The notes below the pieces were generated by a model. The model was given only the letters and a program-made list of their open reading frames with translations, was not told the origin of the DNA and made no database searches. From positions 2,542,001-2,606,000 of the forward strand of contig NEEC01000007.1 of assembly GCA_002189035.1 (NCBI GenBank): DNA of 64,000 nucleotides. The letters are read 5' to 3'. The translations under genes and the position numbers were made by a program. Shown here in pieces: positions 1 through 11,291 of this stretch. Each line of letters opens with the position of its first letter. Within the stretch, counting starts at the first letter, position 1. This stretch comes from Utricularia gibba (taxonomy: Eukaryota > Plantae > Magnoliophyta).

Positions 1-1399
1 GATACTTTTTTTAATTAATAAACATTATTAAAAATGATTTTTGAGAATAAAAATAAAGCATCAGAATCTGCACAATAGCTCACTTTTACATTCACAACTT
101 ATTTTTTAAATCATAATTTTAAAGTTTCATTGTAAAATTAGAGAATATGCGTGTTTTATAAAATTATTAATTTTTTATTTAAGAATGTGTAAAATGAACA
201 CCAATATTTGGTGGAAGCTTGCAAGTGCAATAACGCCAAAAAGTGTGGATCATGTTGCGCCACGTGGAAGGAATCGGAAACACCAGAATTAGTGGTAGGG
301 TTTCCAACTCCTCCTCATCGACTCTCCTTGTAACTAGAATGTGTGGTCGTGTCGTGCTGTCAGTATATCCAAATCTAGAATCTGAATAAATTTATATTAA
401 AATTTCACAATCAATTTTGAAGAACTAGATGATTATCTGTCACTCTAAAAATAGCAATGAGAGCTTATAATGATTCCAAAATATATCATATGATCCAAAT
501 TAGAAATCCACCAAAAAATTGAACATTTTTTGAATCCATGCTATTAAAATAAGAGTGATTTTTTTTAATCCGTACTTTTCAAATATAATTAATTTTAAGA
601 TTATGAAATTGTTTCATGATATAGAATGTAAAATTAAATTCTTTTAATTTAGAAAAATTAAATAAGAAACCACTTCAACAAATTCAAGTGACACAACAAG
701 TCGTAACTAATTGAAATATGATTTTATAATTGCGTATTGGGGAGTCGGGTTCAGGGTAGATTTCTCACACAGTGAAATGACAGTGCCCACATTTCTAAAT
801 TACCAAGATGCGGTGGGCATCATTGCAACGCAGTCAACTACGTGGACATGAAATTTGTCTTTAGTTTGGTGTCAGTTTGTTAGGATGGATGAGTAGGCCA
901 CGGGTGGCTCCTGCGTCAGGGGGCGCCCATCCTGGTGGCTAAACGACCTCCTCCCTTGTCCATACCTATCTATGCCTGCCCACCGCCAACCACAAAACTA
1001 GGAACCCCGGGCCGGGGCATGCACCATTATTCTCCTTTATTCCCTTCTCCACTACTTCTGGAAAAATAATAAAATGGAGCATCCACATTAACATACTTTG
1101 GGGTGGAAGTTTGTGGGTTGAGTTCACACCGCAAATGAATTACATTACAAAAAATTTGACAAATTTTGTATTGAAATTAAAGATTCGATAGATTAAACAC
1201 AAAAAACATAAGTTACATTAATTTTAATTAATTATTAGTAATTTATAATCTATTATATACTTGATTATATCATTTTAATTTTTTGATATGGGATTGGTTT
1301 ACTCTAAAGCATCTGCAATTGATTAATTTAACAAGGCATACAGTTGAGAAATTTGTGCGTGCACTTTGTGAAGCACTTGCATGGGATGAATAGAGTAGA

Positions 1400-2870
1400 G
1401 GAGATGGATGTCTTCTTGACATGTAATCATGAAAACGAATCATATTTCATATCATTATGATTATAGAATGAATATATAATATGATATCAAGACGTGGATT
1501 CGAAATTGGGGCATAAACTTAATCTGGGCATCGATGTACCATTAGGTACTCGATAGAGACTACTCGCATGAGATGTTGCATTCACAGTAACAGATGCGGT
1601 TCAGCTGTGCTGATCATGCACTAAACCTCAAGATGTTGACATACCCCGATGTCAATTCTCTGAAACAAACACTCACACGAGATGATATGATGTAAAAACC
1701 CACGATCCGGGACTAGATAGATAATCTGCCGTCTGTTTCTTTTACACGAGAGGGTTGAATTTGACTATAGGGAGATCATTCATGGAAAGATACCGAGAAA
1801 TGGGTAATGGAGAAGGCCCACAATAATTCAGACCCACCTCACGTTCTCGCCATTAATGCATGGCTAACAGCTGAGTACGTGGGTCTCCATTATCATCCTC
1901 GATCCTGAGAGCTCATATCAGATCCGGCGTGCACGATCACAAGTGAGATGGCGAATGCAACCATCCTCAGGTTCACGCTTGCTTCTTTTTGGCCCTTTCA
2001 TGTTTTCATGGGCTGTGTAGTTCATGCTGTTGAAATTCCGGATATGATACCTCGGACTAATGCGAATGTAAGATCTAAATATACAAAAAACGTATATCAT
2101 AATATAAAAGATTAAATTTTTATATATTTTATTATTTTACTTTTATTTCTTAATATGGTATTGTGTATTTTGACACAGGTTTTGTATGAACAACCAGTTA
2201 GTAGTATGTTGCATATTCAATTTTTTTACAGTAACTCCACGATATAAAAAACATTTGAAAGCAAACTGAAATGATCCCACGGCTTCGTGTGTGTCGGTGG
2301 CTGAAGAAATTACGCCAGGCACCCAACTGGGCATTAAAGAAGTTGGCCCGGCCCCCTATTATCTCCTTCAATGAGGCTTCAATAATGCAGCAAAAGCATT
2401 CAATTTGGGTTCGCCGGAAATCTCAAGCTATCCAACAATCAATTCCCGGCGACGGAGGGGCTTCAAGGGGTCTCCCTTATTGTACACGTTGAACCCCCTG
2501 GACCCGTTTCGAGGGTAAGATTACACATGGTTTACTTACAAATTAACGTCAAAGCAGATAATTATGCTGAGCTACCTCATGATTTCGCGTTGGCTGCTCG
2601 TTATCCATACTGGGAGTTTCGATCATTCGCATTTCCAAGGTTTCTGGTTATCGTATGTATTAGGGTTCAAGACTCTCTCCGAACATGGAATGCTACACTA
2701 CAGAACAAGCAAAAAAAACGAAGGCCTCACGGTCCACAAGAGAAGTTGGGCTGGTGGATGCAGAAACTGAACGAAGCACAAAAGCATTGGGTACAATGAG
2801 TTCCAATGTGTGCTTAAAAATTGCGACAATGATGAAAGTATTTTGAGCGTTTATGTGGATTTATTGCATG
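1400..2870. mobile_element. Possible decayed TE or gene remnant (unassigned)
   Basis: GC-richer, coding-like stretch inside AT-rich intergenic DNA. All frames are broken by stops and no domain is recognisable. The assignment is a guess. Confidence 0.2.
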
Positions 2871-4139
2871 TGTTGAGGTTGTTGCACAAATAGCAAAAGT
2901 ATAGGGAAGCTTGGAAAAAATTATGATGTATTGAAGCTAATACTTTACAACTTTTTTTTCTTTATCTATCTTTACACATATTCATAAAAAAAAAATCAAA
3001 ACAATCTATCATAATCATTTTTTCTAGTAACTTTTGAACAAGATAATTCTAATCATGGAATTATCCTATTTAATACTCTTATTTAGTATTTTTCTCACCT
3101 TCATTTGCTTTCTTCACCTCTATCCCCTCTCTAACTAGTGAATACTCAGAAGTTGCAACACATACATTTAAAGAAATTTGCATTCTTTAGATGAGTATTC
3201 ACCTCTATGCATTATTTCTCCTTGCCCTGATTCTTTGGATTTGTCTAAATGTCTTCATCACAAAACATCCATAGTTGTAATGAATAATCATATGACATCA
3301 ACTCAGGGTTAAATGTCTCATGGCACCTCTTAAACTCCTAGCCCTCAGTTTGTGGCACGACAAAGTAAGTGTTAAGATTCATTCATTGAAGTCGACGACT
3401 TTTCTAATATTTTTTCAATTAAAATTGATTCCAAAATAAATATAAAGTATTCAAATCGGGTATTTTATTGTTTTTTGTATTCAATATATTGCAACTAGTG
3501 GCATCGAGCATGAAGTAAAGGTAACCTGAAACACCTCTTGTAGCACCCATTCGCTTCTCCTCTTCTCCCCCACATCTTCATCACTGGTAGCCCGTAATTC
3601 GGCCCAATATAACCGAGTGAAGCATGACTAGTCACAACAGTTAGTAAAATCGGTCGTAGCCGGCCCGTGGCCCGTTGACGTAATGGGTAATTTCCAGTCC
3701 TTAGTACAGGCCCATATCTCATCAACTTATCATAATGCAATAGTGTATACTTTGTAATTATTTATGATAAAATTAATATTAGATTAATTATACGATAAAT
3801 TTTATGGATCATACTCTTAACGGCTTGTGGTGGATCTAAATATGGCTTGTGAGCAATGCGCTTTAAAAATTTAAACCCATATTTTGAAAAACAAAAATAT
3901 AACGTATAATTTAAATAAAATTACCTCACTACTAACTTTTATCCAAACCCAATTTTTGTTTTGTATTAATTAATAAAAACATATTCTGTCAAAACTTTCA
4001 AAAATACTTGCTGTCCTTTTTGCATGACTATAAATTCAAATAATTATAATAAATAATATACAAATATACTATGGGACTTTTTTTATTTCAATAATTTTTT
4101 TGAAATGATTCTTTTTAATTTTTTATTCTTTAATTGCTC

Positions 4140-4470
4140 CGTAGTAAAATTATGAATTCAGATTTTATGATTAATTTTAAAAATTATTGAATTTTTTGAA
4201 TTTGATTATAATTAAATAAGGTATTAATTAGAAATATTATACTAGTAAATTTTTATTTATTTTAAAAATGCATTTGTATAATTAAATTAAATTAAATAAT
4301 AATTTAATATATTAAAATTTATAACATGAATTTTATTTATCAAATTATATAATATAATTTTATACTTTTCCACCAAATAATTTTATAATCTCAAATTGAT
4401 TCCATTCAAATAATCATAAAACTTGTTCCATTCTATATCATATACAATTTCAAATTACACAACATTATCT
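4140..4470 (-). repeat. AT-rich dispersed repeat, copy A (MITE/non-autonomous TE-like)
   Basis: 4151 tatgaattcagattttatgattaattttaaaaattattgaattt is a near reverse complement of ~53366-53409. 4381-4440 matches the reverse complement of ~28050-28115. Boundaries are approximate. Confidence 0.55.
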
Positions 4471-7400
4471 GCATAAATGAGTTTCACTTTCGTTTTATGA
4501 TCAGAAATATCACTTTTAGATTAAAAAAAAGAGAGAAGAAATATGAAATTTTTATTTAGACCCAATTTTTAATTTACAGCATAAAAGTTATCTACCAAAA
4601 AAAGATTCATTAATTTTTTAATTAATGGAATCAACGGTTTCGAATTTTTAGGTAGAAACGGATGAACCCACAATTATAACCCTGAAACGACATTTCTTGT
4701 AGGGTGATTTAAAAAATTGAATGTCTTGAATTTTTTAATAAAAAAATGAATATAGGACGTCATAATTTTTTCGAATGTTCACCACAGCTGGAAGGAGCGT
4801 GTGGGAGACCCACTTCACAAGTGAAAAGGTGGCGAGTAAAAAAGACTTGATCGGACATGGGCACCGAGGTTCCCGTTTCCTTGTCGACACGGAATGCGCT
4901 CGCTCGCTGCCTCTGGGCACCGCAGTGCGGTGGCACGAACTCGGAGCTCCACCGCCGCGGCCCTTGGGGTTGATTTAATTGCCCACCCGCATTTATGGTG
5001 ACAGCTGCTGCTGTCGTCTTTGGATTTCGAAATTCACCTGCCAGTTAGCACGCAGCAGCATTAATAGATAGGGAGGGAATGCGAATGAGGGCGCCACCGC
5101 TGGGGCTGCTGTTTTCAACCCAATCTGATCTGAGAGCTGGACACGCCCGCCCGCCATCCCTGTAAAACATTCTTGTTAGAATGTCGTAAATAGAACACCA
5201 ATAACGAGAAAAGATTAAAATCTAAATCACATAACACATATTGTATTAAAGTATTTCTCGATCTTCCAAAATTCATTAGATTCTTCCCTCCTCTCCAATT
5301 CAAGAATTTCCTACACGGCCCAGCTCTAACAGCAAGGCAGCATGGCTTAATGGTTTAGTGAATGAGATAGATCACCACCATCCTCTCGCGACTTGAGCGT
5401 TGCTGCACTGAATGAAGATTAATTAGGTCGTTGATCCACCGTGCAGAGATTGGATCAATTAAACGCTTTCGAATAAGATAATGAAAAAACGGTTCAAACT
5501 ATAATATCTATTATAAAAGTGGTCTTGCATTTTGAATGTGTAATAAAAATAGCCATTGTGTAAAATATTGATTGCAGTGTGTGAAATAAAAGGGTTCGAT
5601 GATCACTTTTCTAAATCACTCTAAAGCCATATGCTTGCTTATTCACCTAATGACAGAATCGTTTATAAAATTAACCACCTTGCATTTATCTCTCACATAT
5701 TAAGTATAAAAAATTACTAGGATGGGCAATTTCACATTCATTTGACAGTGCGTATTTTTTAAAATCACCCCCTAATGACACTATGTTGAATAGCTGTAGA
5801 ATGGGAACAAATTTACTGAAATTGAACTGAATCTACTTTCGGAACACTCACATTATATTACCAAGTGTTGTATCCATTTAATAAGCCACGGCCTGTGAAC
5901 AGAAGTCATTAAGAAATCGTGATGTGTTTTTTTTTTCTCAGAAAAAGATTTGATGGAGAATCACCTGCAAATAACCCATTTGATGCTTGATACAAGCAAA
6001 CATTAAAAGTATTATTCTGATTTTTCTATTAGCAATTCATCTTATATTTATTAATTGCATGTTACCTTTTTTTTTACTCCAATTGTAAGTTTTCCTCAAC
6101 CCTTGTTTGTATTGTGTTAAAACAAATAATTCCCTATCATTAACTTAAAATTAAATATTCAAATATATAAAAAATTAAAAATCATTAGTAGTTGATCATA
6201 TTTAATATTTTATAATATAATATCCGTTTATTATATATTGAAGTTTTATATGTAATAAATATGATCATGAATTTCAATATTCCACACCTTCCCCTCTACG
6301 GTGCCTCCCCGGCGCTGCCGGAGACCTGTCCGCACCCTGCACGTTCAGTGTACTGATCGAGCAGGAGCCCAAGGAACATGCACTAAACATCGTACTCTTA
6401 ACTCGTCTGAAAACTAAGGAAGATGTGTAGAAAAAGGAAGATGTTTGCTGGAATTAAGAGGGCAATGCTTGCTGGGATCTTCTGGTCGTCAACTCCATCC
6501 ACCAGCGCACGAGGGCTGAGCCATCAGCTAAAGCGCCAATTCCTTTACTGCTGTAGGGTTTTCTTAAAATGCAATAAAAAATATACGTGTATTTCTCTTT
6601 CTCTCGTAGGTTATGTCGCTCTTTGTCCATATCTCTTTTACATAATTTTCCAAAATATAATACCCAAAAATGCAAGTTTTCACTTTAGAAATCCACATGT
6701 AATGTAATTGAATCATTCCAAATCCGTACGGGAACTAACCCAAAAAAACGGACTATGAACATGAAGATGTCGGATTCGGGCAGACGTTGCTCTCTCCAGA
6801 CCAAACCAAATTGAAGATATTCGGACAAGAGGTAATTTCCAGACATTGATTTACTCATATCCATTCTAGTACTTCTTATTTCAAAAATTTATGAAGATTA
6901 ATCATATTTAATATAATTTTTATATCTTAATGTGTGAAATAAAAATATCGACAAGATCTATAAATTACCCTCTTTCAATGAACCTTGATGGTTTCGGAAT
7001 ACAACACATTGGTCTATTAAAAATGTGATCATCAAGTTTTTAATGTGTGAAAAAAATAGATATTCATAATATAAGAATTTTAACTAAAGCAGTATTATGA
7101 AAAATTCTTGATGTTTTCACTTTTGAAAAATAAAAAGTAAAAGTATAAATTTTTTGAAGAAATCGAAACATACATGTCATTTTTTGAAAAAATTGGATAA
7201 CGAAGATGGGGATAGGGTGAAAAATATTTTCCAAAATATAATGACAAAAAAATTGCTTTATTATTTTTAATTCTGTCTCATTTTGAATTATACCCAAAAA
7301 ATATTTTTATAAAAATAATTACTTTTAATAAAAATAAAAGTAAAAAACAACACTAAAAATTTTCCAAAACATAGTTCAAGTATATCACATGTATGGATGG

Positions 7401-7669
7401 GCATTTTCTAAATGAGCCTACAACACAGTTGGTGATAGCAGCTGTTTTAGATCGATCACTTATTGAAAAAAACGAGGCGCACACTGTTTTCAAATCATCA
7501 ATTTTTATTTATTATATCCAACAGTTTTTTATTATGATTTATGTGTTTTTTTAATAATATTTTATATTTAATAATAAACATAATTAAAGCATGCAATACG
7601 AATTTCAATGCCCAACCAACAACAATAATCCGTAGCACTTCCGATCGTCATTTCCTTAAGATGTAATTA

Positions 7670-7860
7670 ATATGTCGGGCCCCACAGCGATCCGAAAATC
7701 TTATCCCAGTTGCCATCTGTCACATATAATGTGTCTGGCGCCGACGTGGCGCGCTGTCTCGCCATCTGTTTTAACCGGCATTTATACGTCCACTCTATTT
7801 AATGTATAATGTGCTCCATTGACAGCCCCAAGAGGTAAATTGGCATTATAAAAAGAAAAA
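7670..7860 (+). promoter_or_regulatory. Motif cluster plus TATA box with no annotated gene downstream
   Basis: TGTCGG 7673, TGTCTG 7732, ACGTGGC 7744, TGTCTC 7755, GCCATCTGT twice (7712, 7761), TATAAAAAG 7847-7855. Confidence 0.4.
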
Positions 7861-10043
7861 AGAAAGAAAGGGGTACAGCGGCAGCCACCTATTTCGACTG
7901 CTGCAGTGTCACAGAAGCAGGTAAATGGGGAGCTACCCATATACAGACACACGCACTTGAGCTCATGGTAAAAAAGAAGAATGGACAATGAACTTGGTCC
8001 GAATGTCAAGTTGTGGGACAATACAAGGAGCATGGCGCTGTCTCAGGCTTCATTACATGCCAAATCACATGGCGTAAGGTAAGATTGGACCATATGATTT
8101 GGTTTGTCAAATTAATGCTTCGAGAACTAAAAAGAAAAGAGTGTCGATTTTATTACACCGGAACACACATGCAGACATGATTCACTGTGGGCTGGGGTTT
8201 TAATATTGCCCCTGCTCATACTTTTTTCATACTGTCTTTTGATTATATTATTCATGGCAACTGGAAATGGAAGGTACAGTACAGTGGGGGGTGAATGTCG
8301 CGGAAAGGAATCATGATCCAATGGGGTTTTCAAAGGGATATTAATATCATCTTTAATCATCCTAAAATGTTGATTTGGTATTTAAGTAAATACTGATGTG
8401 TCATTTCAAAAAATGAGGTAAATATTTCCGAAAATGATGAAAATTGCTTCTCATTTTTTTAGGAACGGAAATAAATAAATAAATCACCAAAAGGAAACAT
8501 TTTAAAATATAGTTTGAAATCTTTTATTTTAATATTATGATTTTCGAAAATGAATATAAAGATAAATAAAACTTAATAAATAAAATTCAATGACACAATT
8601 TTTGGAAATATCATGTCAATATTTCCGAAAATTGATAAAGATGCTCTTATGGCATCTTTGGCTCGACTAAATCATTCTTCGATTTCATGATGGATGTTTT
8701 GGATGATCTAATCCTAGATGAATACACAAGATGTCATTTAGAAAATTGGTAATTGTCGTATTTTTTTATGTATACTCAATTGAAAAAATTACATATAGGG
8801 TGAATTTTTTTCTCACCCAATGCATGAAGCATGACTACTTTTCTAAATCATTCAGACACAAGAAGCATCTCATAAGTTTGTTGGAAATAGGATCATATAA
8901 GCAAATCTAAAAATTATTATAATTATACGATATCATTCACAACAATATATGATATAATATTAAAAGTATCTCTCTGTTGAATCGCATTTAAATCATTTTT
9001 GTAGAAGTTTGCACAACACAAACCGGAGTGATAAATCTTTTGGTTTAGAAACATTTCTGATGTCGGTTGAAGAAAAATAAAATTTGAATATTCTATTGTT
9101 TTGAGTAATGTTTTAATAATGATATGTAGGTTTCGGATTCAATTAACACATATGTGAATTATTTATATTTAAATAAAAATAATATATATAGCTATAATTA
9201 GAAACATATTTGATAGATACATTGTATAAATATATATTAAAAATATTATTATATTTTATATACGTATTTAAAATATATGTAACGAAGGAACGTAAATTCT
9301 ATTGATTACTAAAAATCATATACGACAAGAATTCTGATAAACTCTGTTTATATAAGTTATGCAATTATTTTATAAATCATAGCACGTGCACGAAAAAGAC
9401 ATATTTCTCAATCATATTTATAGACGTACACAAAACCCATTAAACATAGTCCATAATTTCATTTAATAGTATGATCGTGTGTGCACAAAAAACATCCATT
9501 ACACGCCAATACTAAAACCTTCGTGAAATTACTGCTTTATGCAATAAAGCATCCCCTTACCATTTGAGTTTGTAATCAAATTCTGAACTCTCTACACAAT
9601 TTGCACATTATAATGAATGATAATTGGCATTTAATGTAGCATATATTTATAAAAAATTAAAAAAATTATCGTGATTCATTGGTTAATTTTTAAAATAAAA
9701 ACAATTAATGTGTTTTTCCTACTGGAAAACCTGTTTACATTGTACTTTGTTGACGACGTGACGAGAGCATGTTAAATATAATGGGGTTTCACTTTCATTG
9801 TACTTAGCAGAGGAATAGAATATAAAATAATGCAGAAATAGAAGGTGTTCTGTTAATGTTTGAAAATGAATTCAATTTGATCTTTTACCCATCAAATAAT
9901 AGGGTTACAAACTTATTACTATTGTTTGAAAATTTTCAGATTTCGAAATGGGTCCGAAAAACGAAATTTCAGAGGAAATTACCAAACTTTAGGATATTTT
10001 GTTTCATGATAAACTGAAATTTCCATGAAATTGAAAACATTAG

Positions 10044-10657
10044 TAGATTGCATACGAGTTGAGTCGAATCGAGTGGACCTTCTCCAGTTTTTTCGAGCTC
10101 GGCTCATGTAAAAATTTGATGGTCCGCTTGTTTTTGAGCTTGACTAGGGAGTTTGGTTTGTCGAGATGTTGAGTGGATGAATGAATTAGAAATTTGGACA
10201 TACCAAGAACATTACGTGAGAAAACTGGTTAATTATGATATAATTTATTTAACTAAATGTGTGAGAGAACATTTTTCTAAATGACCCTCAAGTGGATTGA
10301 GTCTTATTTGCGAATCCAAATAACTTCATCCCACATTAGAATTAGTTTATTAAAATTTCTTGTATACAGAGTAAGAGAGGTGCAAAAGAGTCGAGCAGCT
10401 GACACAATTTGGTTTATAGACTAGCAGAAACAAACCCCTACATATTAGGTTTCAAGACAAGATTTTGCAAGTGGGCTAAGCAATATGTGTTAGGCTATGG
10501 TGATATGGGAAAGAATACTCATGGATTGCGACCAGATCGGGAACATGGAACCTCATTTGGAAATGTTCGAATTCGTCTCACGATTATTTCAAACTCGACC
10601 ACGAACTTCTATTGAGCGAGCTCAATCTCGCAGACTAACTCAACTCATTTGCAGCTC
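10044..10657. mobile_element. Degenerate MITE (hAT-like, GAGCYCGGCTC-rich family)
   Basis: Imperfect terminal inverted repeats: gattgcatacgagttgagtc (10046-10065) versus aactcaactcatttgcagct (10637-10656), about 15/20 matches. Subterminal cgagctcggctc-type motifs. No TSD is visible. Confidence 0.5.
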
Positions 10658-11183
10658 GGATGAATTTGAAAAGTAACAATGTTACTGTTATTGTCTATTG
10701 AAAAATAATTATCACATATATAAAATTTTGATATTTAGGAGTGAGAGAGAATGTTAGAATAGTTAGTTTTGAAAAATAAACTTGTTGGTCTAGTTACAAA
10801 ATAACTCCATGTTAAAGAATTAGAAATCAGAAACCCCTAAAACTGAGAATTGCGAGTTGAGACAAGGGCATGGACTTGGGGGTTTTAAACATTGATCATC
10901 TTACCGAAATAGGTTTTTTAGGTAACATTGCTTTTGAGGGTTTTCTTTTCTTTCTTTCTTTCTTTTTTTTTTCTCATGGTTTGCGAGACAGCTCACGAGG
11001 ATCCAGCTAGAAGCAACAGTTCTGAATTATTGAAAAAAGAAGGAAAACTGAGAGGTCATAAGTTGCATTAATGCACAACTCTATCCTGCGTAGCAGAGAA
11101 ACCAAACATTAAAGAGATGCCTTTCCCGATATTAAATTTCTGGCTGAATCCCTCAGCTAACCACATTGCCGCTAATCACACTG

Positions 11184-11204
11184 CTTCTTCTTCTTCTTCT
11201 TCTT
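11184..11204 (+). repeat. (CTT)7 microsatellite about 90 bp upstream of the WSD copy 1 start
   Basis: Read directly from the sequence. Confidence 0.95.
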
Positions 11205-11291
11205 CTGCTGCTTCCTCTTCCTGCTCCTAGTCTTTACTCCCTCGGTGCAGCTACAAACTCACTAATCAAACAGCGAAAAGGGGCACTCACT

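Noticed and set aside
10329-10342. ATCCCACATT resembling the snRNA USE element (also AACCCACATCG at ~46782)
   Set aside because: Imperfect match to RTCCCACATCG, no correctly spaced TATA plus snRNA body, and the sites lie inside a TE or a CalS intron.
11166-11291. Poly-Leu N-terminal extension of the ORF-track entry 11166..11591, resembling a signal peptide
   Set aside because: It begins at TTG, the Leu run is simply the (CTT)7 microsatellite, and copy 2 has no equivalent. The homologous start is ATG 11292.
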